A stretch of DNA of 64,000 nucleotides from Mytilus edulis. Its lineage: Eukaryota. The notes beneath the pieces are model-generated. The model ran no database searches and had not been told where the DNA came from. It worked only from the letters and a program-made list of their open reading frames with translations. Within the stretch, counting starts at the first letter, position 1. Each line of letters starts with the position of its first letter. Below, in pieces: positions 25,187 to 36,989 of the stretch. The DNA is taken from positions 13,206,001 to 13,270,000 of the forward strand of contig NC_092349.1 of NCBI RefSeq assembly GCF_963676685.1, written 5' to 3'. The translations under genes and the position numbers were made by a program.

Positions 25187-27426
25187 AAAAAGAAGGTATA
25201 GATCTCATCATTTGAAACATATTTGTTCCGTAAAAGTGTCTCTATTTATAACGATTTTTAAAATAAAACACAAGCCGTATAGTTAATCAAAAAGTGCTCG
25301 GTATAGCGAATTGTGTGAAACTATTCAAATTACAAAACCAACAGTCAGATTTAATATAAATCAATAAACAAAAATCAACTTTGGTAGACAGCAACCAAAG
25401 ACAACCACTAAGCAGCAGTTTCCAGACTTTGTACAGGCATATTATTAATGTGGTAGGATGAATCGTATTCTTACACTTGGACAGTGGTGAAACAGCAAAT
25501 CATTAAAATAAATGTTGAAATCTGTTCAAAAGAAGACTTGAGTTTTTTATAGGCACGAAGAACACAAACTAATCAACAAAGAGACAATTGACACACAGTA
25601 CCTTTTTGAAAGCTTGTATAAAGCAATAGAAATATCAAACAGTACACCTCCAACCTATTTTATGAAATAGTCTGCGAAAAGCCCGACATTATGGAATGTC
25701 TTAATACTAGCATCTGGAGGATGTAGCACCAAAAGAATTCAAAAATATATATCAATGCATATGACGTAATTCAGAGCAGATAAGTTTGATTTTGAATAAT
25801 TCATCCCTTTTTGTGCCCCGTAAATTAAATTCTTAAGGGAAAATAGAAATTATTTTTTCTCGTGTATCCCTCTGTTCGTACGTATGTTTGTATGTCTGTC
25901 TATCTAAGCATTTGACTTGTCGACAAAGAACCGTCTATCTAAGCATTTGCCTTGTCGACAAAGAACCCCTGCAAGAGGAGTAAATCAAATTTGCGTGGAG
26001 TCCATGTTTTGTGAGGTCACACTCAGTTATAGTTTATTTTACTGTTCCAGTTTCATCTCTTATAATCAAATGTTATGAGTTGTAGTAAATGGCAACCACC
26101 TAAATCGAAAACAGAAAATATTAGCCTTCAACAATATCTGCAAATCTTGCTTTATGATGTGGTTAATTAAACGATGACATTTTGCACTTAACATTAGTCA
26201 AGGAAAGGCCGTGTGTCAATTATACTGAACGTAAACATTACTATAACGTTTTTGAATGGATAAAAAAAAACATAAATACAGTGAAATATGTTGCATTCTT
26301 ATAATTTAATGGTTTAAAATAAAGCATGAATTTCCCCGCAGAAAAATCCAAGCTTAAAATAAGTGTGATTTCATCATGAAAATATGAAATGGAAATCACA
26401 CTGTCAAAAATATATTAAAATAGCATGTTTTATCATTTAAATGCGTTATTTACAGGATGAATTCAAACAGATTTGCTGTTGATGATTATTTGTTCTGATC
26501 TTCACAACTTAACATGAATTGTTCCTTCTTTTAAATCACAAGTTCTTTACCGAAAATGGGTATTGTTAAGAAAGTGAGCTTTATTTATTAAACCTAACTT
26601 TAACCTACGGATTCGGTATCTTTATAGGAAAAAAGTGAAATAGAAAATAAAAGAACACCAGTAATTGCAGTAGTCCGAAGAACAGATCTGAATTTTCATC
26701 AGGAAAGCTTAAACTCAAACGTTGACCAGTCAAAGATGTATCAGACGTAATCATGTTAGTACCTACATTGTATATGACCGAAAGGTACCTAAGAATTATC
26801 CAAGTTCATATAAGGTAAACTTAACCTAAAGGAATTGAAACTTTAATTTCGAAATGTATGAAAAGTTCATAATAATACTGAGTACTTATCGTTGACTAAA
26901 ACGTTGAAAAAAATCACGCGTAAATATTTTGTATATGCATGATAAAATAAATCGCTTAACACTACTTTCACTTGACTTTTACACCGTAGTCTGTTTGTTT
27001 GTATTTGTTTTTCTTGTGGTCATAGTATAACAATAATGAAATCTATTTTCGTCTAGATAAATTATCTTTGTAGTCTCTAATTTGATAATAGTGAAAGGTG
27101 AATATATTTCACATAGACATCGTTAACTAATCATTTTTCAATGTCTTTTATATTTTGTTGTTTTTACTTTAGACAACTATAAGAAATAGTTTTCTTATGA
27201 ACGATATAGAAAATTTTAAAATCGTTAGTCCTAGACAAAACCACCGTCGAAAACAAAGATAGATACATAAGAGTACATGGTACACTAAATAGAAACCGTA
27301 AGATTGAGTAATGGAAACTCATGACAAAACTGTATTCAGAAAAGGCACCAGTTGAAGTATCTTATATATACAATTGACGATTTCAGTATGTAATAGTGAC
27401 AAATTCCGTATGTATGGTTGGTTTTA

Positions 27427-27868
27427 AAGAGAGGCGAAAGTTACCAAAGGGACATTCAAACTCATAAGTAAAGAATAAACTGACAACGCCATGGCTAAAA
27501 AAGAAGAGACCAACAGACAAACAACAGTACACATGACACAACATAGAAAACTAAAGAATAAACAACACGAACCCAACCAGAAACTGGGGGTGATATGAGA
27601 TGCACCGGAGGGGTAAGCAGATGCTGTTCTACATGTATCACCCGTCGTGTTGCTCATGTTAGTACAAACCCGGTAATAAGTATAAATCGGTAGGCATATT
27701 CGGGGACAGAATTGTAGTTACGACAATTGGAACATATCCACTGTTAACAGTGAAACGGATATTTCATAACGGTAACCAACTCGTGATGGCGTCCGTAAAA
27801 TTTACGAAGGGATGATTTTAACTTCACCACTTGGAACTCTTGGTTTAATAGCTGCCTTGTCAGCAGTT
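27427..27868 (-). mobile_element. Penelope-like element 3' end, second subfamily
   Basis: LLTRQLLNQEFQVVKLKSSLRKFYGRHHELV followed by a structured UTR. Related fragments at 37208-37420, 10020-10155, 11632-11760 and 14810-15000. Confidence 0.75.
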
Positions 27869-28234
27869 TATGTTTTCTATTTATTGTGAAAATAGACCTC
27901 ACAGCTATTTTCATTGTTATACATTTTAAAATTTTGTAAACTAACAAACATTTAAGATATAATATTTGAATTAATCTGTGATGGTTCTTTTTTAATTAGA
28001 ATTTGTCTTTAATTGCATACATATCAGGTCGGTAATACTGATTTTATTTTATTTACAGACACGAAAAGAACTTCAAACAAAAGAGGCAAAAGATGATTTC
28101 AGTCAACTTATAGACGCGTATTATTGTATTTGCAGATACTTATTTTATAAAGAATGTCGACTGAAATAACATTTCCTGTTAACATTTTTTTATAGTAAAT
28201 AAACTCATCATAGATATCAGGATTATAATTTTGT

Positions 28235-28278
28235 ACGCAAGACGCGCGTTTCGTCTACAAAAGACTCATCATTGATGC
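28235..28278 (-). ncRNA. type I hammerhead motif (C3->A) in a retrozyme-like copy (28195-28440, resuming 29545-29730)
   Basis: Minus strand reads gcatca ATGATGA gtct-tttgt-agac GAA acgcgcgt C ttgcgt. Confidence 0.7.
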
Positions 28279-28440
28279 TCGAATAGAATGAGTTAAAAAG
28301 GCCAAATAAAGTATAGAGTTGAAGAGCAATGCTCACCCGAAATTCCTAAACGTTTTGCCAAATACAGATAAGGTAATCTATTCCCGGGGTAAAAATTCGT
28401 TAGTATTTCGAAAAATTCAAAGTTTTGTAAACAGTTATTA

Positions 28441-29550
28441 ATGCTATTAATAAGTATTAAAATGTGCATTGTTATTAAATGCAATATCAGTATTTAGTTC
28501 AAATATAATCTTAAATAGATCCTAATTCTATCTTATTCATTCAAATGTGACGCCATTTTTCATTTTTTAATGATCTGTTTTACAAATTCAAATGACGTCA
28601 TTTTTTGGTCTTTTTTACAATTTCAAATATGACGTCACTTGGCGTTGAGGTTTAAACTTATTCGGATGTGTCTACATTTTGTGTTGCAAATGCCTGGTTA
28701 TGTAATGTATTTCAGTTGTTTCCTGTAATTAGTTAATACTTCAGTTTCATCATGTACATCTTTTGTATAGTAATTTTATAAATTTACTGTTTGCAAAAGT
28801 ATAAATTATTCTAATTAATAGGGATGCTCTGGTAACTTAACAGAAAAGACTGGCCGTTTTTGGCACAACTTTTTTTTTATCTTTTGGTCCTCGATGCTGT
28901 TCGACTTCGTTCTTGTTTCGGCTTTCAAAGTTTTGTATCTGGGCGTCACTATTAGATCGTGTGTGGACAAAATACACTTCTGGCGTATTAAAATTTTGAA
29001 CTTGTTGCCTTTTGTTAGCTGTTGTTCGTGTGTTTTTTTGTTAATTGTGTTCTCCAATTTATTTTTATTGTAGTCTTGTGGTGTTGAGTTGTCATTTTAA
29101 TGTTATATTTCACATGGCTATAAAAGGGGAGGTTTGGCATGCCACAAAACCAGGTTCAACACACCATTTTTTCCTTTAAAAATGTCTTGTACCAAGTCAG
29201 GAATATGGCCATTGTTATATTATAGTTCGTTTCTGTGTGTGTTACAATTTATCGTTGCGTCGTTTGTTTTCTCTTATTTTTTAGTGTAAATTGACATTGC
29301 GATAAGGCGTGTCACGGTACTTGTCTATCTCAAATTCATGTATTTGGTTTTGATGTTATATTTATTATTCTCGTGGGATTTTGTCTGATGCTTGGTCCGT
29401 TTCTGTGTGTGTTACACTGTAGTGTTGTGTCGTTGTTCTCCTCTTATATTTAATGCGTTTCCCTCAGTTTTAGTTTGTTACCCCGATTTAGTTTTTTGTC
29501 CATGGATTTATGAATTTGAACAGCGGTATACAACTGTTGCCTTTATTTAT
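28441..29550 (+). mobile_element. 5'-truncated Penelope-like 3' UTR copy nested in a retrozyme-like repeat
   Basis: Near-identical to 33191-34250. Contains dead hammerhead 28943-28986 and twister-like motif 29114-29212. Confidence 0.85.
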
Positions 29551-32500
29551 AATTATGACCACATCAATGATAATAAAATTGAGAATGTAAATGTGGAATG
29601 TGTCAAAGAGACAACAACCCGACCAAAGAGCAGAAAACAGCCAAATGCCACCTATGGGTCTTCAACACAGCGAGAAAATCTCGCACCCGGAGGCATGTCA
29701 ACACAGAAGTACTAACTACTGGGCTGGTGAAAAATAGATTTAGTTAATATACGATTTTGTAAATATTGTTTTCATAAACACATTTTCGTATTGCTATTAG
29801 TTACTGCATATAATGCATTTCGAACAGAACAAACATATTGAATATATAAGTTTTTTCTTATGCGTATTAAAGTTCTTGCTGACTAAATCGGCAATCTTTT
29901 AAGTTCAAATGTTCCCATGTTTAAAAACTTTCTTCTCAACTCTTTGCTTACGCTTCAAATAGTGTTCACGTATCATACTTTAAACAAAAGCAGTCAAGTA
30001 ACTGAAATTGTAGTTGATGAAATTTTTCGGACTTTTGAAATTACTCCTCAGAATGGAAGTAGTTGTTTATTTTAATTGATTCAAATTGATTTCTATTCAA
30101 TGTATATTGGTTTTAATCAAGCATTATCTTTACTGCTTTGAAATATGAATTCACATGGATCGTGTTAATAAAATTACTTTTGCTCTTCAATTAGACAATA
30201 ACGTTAATATCTTAATGAGGTCGACTGAACTGTCATTGTTGTGCGATGATAATTGAGAATAAATATCGATGCAGAGACGGTAAACAGATAATAGGGGATT
30301 CATTTAACTTTTTGCGTATTTTGGTCATTTGATAACAATAAAAAATCATTTCGATCAAAAAAGATTGGAACACTCTCTGCCGATCCTCCTCAGAAAATCT
30401 GTTTCGCTTCAATCCGTATTTATCCTATTTCCGATTGTGTCTTTTTAACATAAATAGCAGAAGACGTATGCCCTGTCCACGCACACCTGGTCAGATTCTG
30501 TTTATAGTTCTTGCGATTTCTGTTGTTTTTATTTGTTATCTTGAAATGTACCTTTCTTATCTATTTTATCGATTTACGAGACTTGAACAGCGGTAAAATA
30601 CTGTGGTCTTAAATCAACTGTGAACTTTTTCAAAATATACCTACATGTTTAGTTCAATCAATCAATTCAGTGTTAAATTCTAACATATTTACAGTATGTT
30701 TACTTTAATGTATAAAGTATCTATAGAAGCATTTGTTAATTTGCTGACATCAACTTATTATTATTGCATAATTGATAAAAAAAAAACACCTCCCATATCA
30801 GTTTTATATATTAAAGTAAATGTCGCTGATTGGTTTAATACATTCATGACTATGTTAAGAAATAAAATCACCATGGCGGTGATTTGTTTCTTTTTCTTTT
30901 GCAGGCTATATAATGAAAACATGTCTTTAAATTGTCAGTCAGTACTAGCTGTCGACTACAACAGTACATCTTTCCAACCATGAAGTTGCAGGTTCTGTGC
31001 GTACTTGTTTTTATCTATGGCGTAAGTTGTATGAGCAGTAATGTTTTCAGAAAGTATTTGGGTAAGTTTTATCAATCAATTTAAATATTTGCATTGAAAT
31101 TTATTTTAAACCTGGTATCTTGTATGACTTTAAAAAAAACCAATCTACATGTAGCACCATAACTGATCTTATCAAAAAGGTAATTATAAAAATAAGAAGA
31201 TGTAGTATGACTGCCAATGAGACAACTATAAAGAACACACCTAATTACGTAAATGTAAGCAACTATATGTCTCCGTACTGCCTTCAACATTGAGCAATGC
31301 CCATACCATATAGTAAGCTATAAAAAGCAACAAAATTACAAAATGTCTCTGCTCAATTTATTCTGAAACATAAGCGTTATATTCAATTTAAAAAAAAGTT
31401 ATAATATTTTAGATCTTTTCCCTAAATACCATGAAAAGGTGTGCATTTGTCATGTTAATTTTGATTCACTTAACCTATTATGCAGATCATATGTGAATAT
31501 AATAAATATGCATAATGCAACGTTTTGGCAATACTGATTTGTAACTTTATTAATATTAAGCTTATTTTTAGGTCTGTTCTTTTCTTAAATTTTATAGTTA
31601 TTTCACTCTATATCCCTAGGGTTGATCTTTTCACTTTGTCTCATTTGTCTTCCTCGACCGTGCCTCGAATTTTGAGGTTTAACGGCAAACCGTACAGATG
31701 TTTGGCTTATCGTAAAATACAGTAATCACAGTTTCAACATTGGTCCCGATTAAGCTAACACTAATCTATATGGATTTTCAAAATTTTTTCTTCCTTTGAA
31801 TGTTAACGGACTTTCCGTGTGGAATTTTCCTTGGAGTTCGGTATTTTTGTTGTTTTACTTTTTTCATCAATTGTTGACCGAGGCGTTCCGATGTCATCTT
31901 ATATACTCAAGTTATTTCGTTTATTTTAAATTTTACATATTAAGTGATATATTAGTGTTTGTCATTAAACGTAAGTGAGTTTGGTTTTAAATCATTGGTC
32001 CATTTAGAAGGAAAATTGTAGTCAATTTCAAGAAACCAAATCAATTTCTGTACTCACTCCATAATTTCGCTGTTAAATTTTAAAAGAACATTGAAATCTT
32101 CTGTAGCAACATACGACACATCCAAGGACGATGGTTTTAAAGTTTCCAAGAATCGGCGTCAATATTTAAAGTCATATCGAATGGCTGAGATATGCTATAA
32201 AACAAGTCTTTATAAATGTACTGGCATTGAAATATTTTCTACCCGTACTCTAATTCCCCGATTGTTTCCCGTATGCAGTTACCTTCACAGCGAGACCTCT
32301 CGTTAGAACATCGACCGCCGCACATCGCAAGTGGGAGGAAAAAACCGCTATAAAAGAATGTAAACAAACGTGCACTGGAAGGTAAATAGTAGTAACTTTT
32401 TTTAAATGAAAAATTAAGTACACCAATCATTTAACGGCTCTTTAAGTTAAATTAATAAATTGGAACGCTGGAAAATGTCAGCACAGTATCATGGCTCTCT

Positions 32501-32709
32501 CAACCAATTTACAACGTGCTACACGTTCTCTGTTTTTTTTTTCAATTCAAGGTCTAATAAACTTTGGCAACAAACTCAAAAGTGAATAAGGTTGCAATCA
32601 ACAATTAAATATTGAAATCTCATTTGTCGATAATCAGTCATAGAATCAGAGATGCATGCATTGGTTTAATATTTCAATAATATAAATACAAAATATTCTT
32701 TCCATATGA

Positions 32710-34250
32710 CTTTAATATACAGGAGTGTGCTCCTTACGCAGAAACTGCTCCAACAAAGTTATGAGGAGGACAGATTAAAATTGACACTCCGTAAATTTTA
32801 TGGACACCATCACGAATTGGTGGATCCATACGATGTGTCTTTGACCAAACTAGCTAAGGACATTTTTACCACATGGTAGATTGTGGTTTGTCATTATGTC
32901 GTCTAATCTTTTAATTATTACTATAAGACGTGTTACGGTACTTGTCTATCCCAAATTCATGTATTTAGTTTAAATGTTTAATGTTATATTTGTAATTCTC
33001 ATCGGATTTTGTCAAATGTGTTGACGTCTTTTCTAATATATTTATGTGTTATGGTAAAGAAAATTAATCACCGCATTCATTTATTAGATTTGATTTTGTT
33101 CAACGTAATCAGTACGATATTTTACGTTTGAAGTTAGATTCAAAACAAACCGGACATAGCTTTATAATATAGTTAATTGCTACCTTAGTTTGCTATTAAT
33201 AAGTATTAAAATGTGCATTGTTATTAAATGTAATATCAGTATTTAGTTCAAATATAATCTTAAATCAATCCTAATTCTATCTTATTCATTCAAATGTGAC
33301 GTCATTTTTTTGTCATTTTTTACAATTTTAAATATGACGTCACTTGGCGATGAGCTTTAAACTTATTCGGATGTGTCTACATTTTTTGTTGCAAATGTCT
33401 GGTTATGTAAGATTTCAGTTGTTCACTGTAATTAGTTGATACTTCAGTTTTATCATGTACATCTTTTGTATAATACTTTTATAAATTTACTGTTTGCAAA
33501 AGTATAAATTATTCTAAATAATAGAGATGTTCTGGTTACTAACAGAAAACCCAGGCCGTTTTTGGCACAACTTTTTTGATCTTTTGGTCCTCGATGCTGT
33601 TCGACTTTGTGCTTGTTTCGGCTTTCAAACTTTTGTATCTGGGCGTCACTAGTAGATCTTGTGTGGACAAAATGCACTTCTGGCGTATTAAAATTTTTAA
33701 CTTGTTGCCTTTTGTTGGCTGTTGTTCGTATGTTTCTTTGTCAATTGTGTTCTCCAATTTATTTATACTGTAGTCCTGTGGTGTTGAGTTGTCATTTTAA
33801 TGTTATATTTCACATGGCTATAAAAGAGGGAGGTTTGGCATGCCACAAAACCAGGTTAAACCCACCATTTTTTCCTTTAAAAATGTCCTGTACCAAGTCA
33901 GGAATATGGCTATTGTTATATTATAGTTCGTTTCTGTGTGTGTTACATTTTAACGTTGCGTCATTTGTTTTCTCTTATTTTTCAGTGTAAATTCACATTG
34001 CGATAAGACGTGTGACGGTACTTGTCTAACCCAAATTCATGTATTTGGTTTTGATGTTATATTTGTTATTCTCGTGGGATTTTGTCTGATGTTTGGTCCG
34101 TTTCTGTGTGTGTTGCATTGTAGTGTTGTGTCGTTGTTCTCCTCTTATATTCAATGCGTTTCCCTCAGTTTTTGTTTGTTATCCCGATTTTGTTTTTTGT
34201 CCATGGTTTTATGAGTTTGAACAGCGGTATACTACTGTTGCCTTTATTTA
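32710..34250 (+). mobile_element. Penelope-like (Naiad-type) element: last ~53 codons of RT ORF (stop 32879) + ~1.37-kb 3' UTR
   Basis: YRSVLLTQKLLQQSYEEDRLKLTLRKFYGHHHELVDPYDVSLTKLAKDIFTTW*. No C-terminal GIY-YIG after the RT thumb. Terminal hairpin aacagcggtatactactgtt. Confidence 0.85.
33814..33913 (+). ncRNA. twister-ribozyme-like motif, type-P5 permutation (candidate)
   Basis: P5 atggctata/tatggctat; P2' G(A)GG + GA + GGT; AA-CCC-AC; P3 cattttt/aaaaatg; P4 cctg/cagg with loop T-ACC-AA-GT. Pseudoknot complements GGT:ACC and AC:GT are present. Confidence 0.6.
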
Positions 34251-36989
34251 AATGAAACGTATTTTCTTATGTGTATTTACTCGATTAGTATGGAGTGATT
34301 TTAGTTATAAGAACTTGATGTAAAATATGGATAGCCTTACTGGCAATATTATTTGATTTTCGTCAATTTTTGCAAATTCTTTGAATTGAGGTTGATCGTT
34401 CGTCGTTCGCCATCTTGGATTTTAAAACCTCGGACTACAATCGTTCAAGTTCATCAATGATACCATGATTATACTTATAATAAAAGCAAAACAATTCGGA
34501 AGGCCAATTCAATAACGACGTATACGATCATTATTTCAAAAACTTAAATTTGTATCAAATCTGTCTAAAGATATGTAAGCCCACGGTAAAAATAGTAATC
34601 TTAGAGTTTTAAGTGATTTAAACGTTTATTTAGCCTTAAATGTACAGAAATTATTGTATCGATTCATATCAGCATAAAACATTGATTACAAGGCTTGTGG
34701 TACTCTCGTTGAAGAAGCGTTCAACAGCTGTGGAGCAGAAACTGATGATTCAACTTAATATTTACATATAAACAATGTGGTTACTTGTAATTCAGAATTT
34801 TCGTTTATCGTTCTCGCATTTCGTTTTGATGAATTTCGGAAGACTATATTATACTAAATCTTTCTAATTGAAACTGGTTAGTTTTATTATCTGGGACGTT
34901 AAATTTTGATTAATTAAAATATATTTTGGCAGAGATAATCAATTTTAAATTGTAGTTTTCAAAATGTTAATTAACAATATAATATTTAAAAATCAAATTA
35001 CAAAAACGGCCTTTTAAATCAAATAATCCATGCGGATCATCAAGAGTAAACCGTATACACTATCATGAAAAAGTTTCATTAATTAATCTCAACTAAAGCA
35101 ATTTATTTAAAAGGCTGACATAGCAGTTGTAAATGTATAACACTTATTTAAGAATATCCTAGTATTCAATTCTGTTTTTCCTATTAACTAACACTAAACT
35201 ATATTCATTGTGTATATTGAAATATATGTTTACCTATAATTACTTGGATTTTTGTTTGTAATCGATGTTCTTTTTCGTTTTTATGAAGATAATATTTTCA
35301 ATATTTCTTTTTTTTTAAGTGTCAAAACAACAAAAGCTATTTGATAGAGGCCATAGTGAAAGTGAAAGCAAAGGTAATGTATTGCCTTTATACGCAGTGT
35401 CTATTATTCCAATTATCCTGGATAGCATATAACTGTCATAGATTTAATTAACCATTGCTGTATTATTGTCCAGATTATTTAAATTGGTCATTTAATAAAT
35501 CAGATTCTACATAATCAGCCTTTTGATGAGCATAGTGTCTGTAAATCTAGGTGTCTGATTGTCGTTTCTGTTATTGTGGTAGATATCGATTTGATATAAA
35601 CACAATGTCCATATGTTTTATTTTCCATAATCATATAGTGATGTTTCAGGTCATAAAAAGTACCAAGACGTCATCCCCTGTCTATTAAAAGTCCTGACCA
35701 ACTATTTCATGTATTTAGAAACAATTTTTTTTTTTTTAATGCAACTACAATCATATGTTAGCTGTATAAAAGAATTAACATTCATTAATTCAAACCTCAT
35801 ATGGTATTATTGTCAAACTCATCAAAGATTCTAAGCTTGTAAATTGGTACGCAAACCCTGCTCAAACAACTACGTTACGTCCACCTTTGAATTGAGCAGT
35901 TTTTTTACTTGTTAAATATGTGCTCTTTATATCTATATATACATGAACATTAGATGTAGTTTTATCTTTATATAAACGTTTTCATACAAAAAAAATAATT
36001 TGAAACTACATTCGTATATGTTGTGCAATGGTTATGAATTATTTCTTAAAAAAAAATAATTCTGAAATATATGTTTAATACTTTTATTGCCTGTTGCTTT
36101 TTTTTTAAATGGAATTTGTAAGTTGTGAAAATAGCAGAATTTTATTTTTAAGTGAGGATATATGAAGTAGTGTTAAGACCTACAAATAAGACTGCTTATC
36201 ACTCCATATGGAAGATTGATATTAAAACAATCTTAAACTAAACAAGTGTACGCACGAGCGTAAATAGCGTGTCAACGGCTCCTTTTTTTTTATACCTGAT
36301 TAAGATGCAATTTGAAAAAAGAAGATGTGGAGTTTAGTATATAACAACGAAAAAGCAACCCAATCACAAAACAAAACAAAAACAGCATAAAGGCAACATA
36401 CAGTCTTCAATAATAGACAGATTTCAGTACAAGATTTAAATATGTTAATTGTGAAAATAGAATAGAACAACCACATACCCCTATTAACACCCAGCTTTTC
36501 TAATAACGAAGACCGTTTATATATTATATACAGCAACCACTGACAAGTTGAAGGTTTCTGATTTAGGCAACCTCGACGAATATGTCGGGGTCAACGTTGT
36601 TTTGTGAGGTCTAAACATTTCCTATTTCGTATCTCAATACGGAAATGCAGACTGACAAAGTGTACATAAAAGATCGCACACAACAAACAGTGTAGAAAAG
36701 CCCCATCTCTGAAATTACGGGATAATATACTACAAAAATACGTTAACATAAAATGAAAGATAAAATCCAGATAAGTTGATAGAATAAATTGTGCACATGC
36801 AGTAAAAAGAATGTTACAAGTTGTAATAACCTTTTTCTACTGAAATGAAAACTGTATCTTCTGTTTCATTGGGGTGTTTTTATCTTATCATCTAGGTACA
36901 AAAATGTAATTGACCTTAAATGATTTTTTGTTATTCACATTTTTGTTCAAAGTGAATAATATTGCATGTATTATACAATTATCACAATT

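Larger units (their letters stand above)
17355..26245. repeat. older segmental duplication: block A (17355-18370 ~ 20466-21545) and block B (19340-20465 ~ 25275-26245)
   Basis: Collinear shared strings such as acagtacgtat, aaatcgtgtaccttc, aaaccaacagtcagattt and ttatactgaacgtaaacat. Block A is also related to the 9478/11120 unit and to 26560-27330. Confidence 0.85.

Noticed and set aside
27560-27660. HDV-like ribozyme or SECIS element
   Set aside because: Only a P1-like pairing is visible. L3/P1.1 and the catalytic J4/2 strand do not match, and no SECIS AUGA/GA quartet with apical AA was seen.
36845-36895. Signal-peptide first exon of the lectin-EGF gene
   Set aside because: The ATG frame (MKTVSSVSLGCFYLII*) stops at the putative donor and the phase-compatible frame has no ATG. 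The candidate at 35551-35578 is also unsupported by the paralog. First exon left unassigned.
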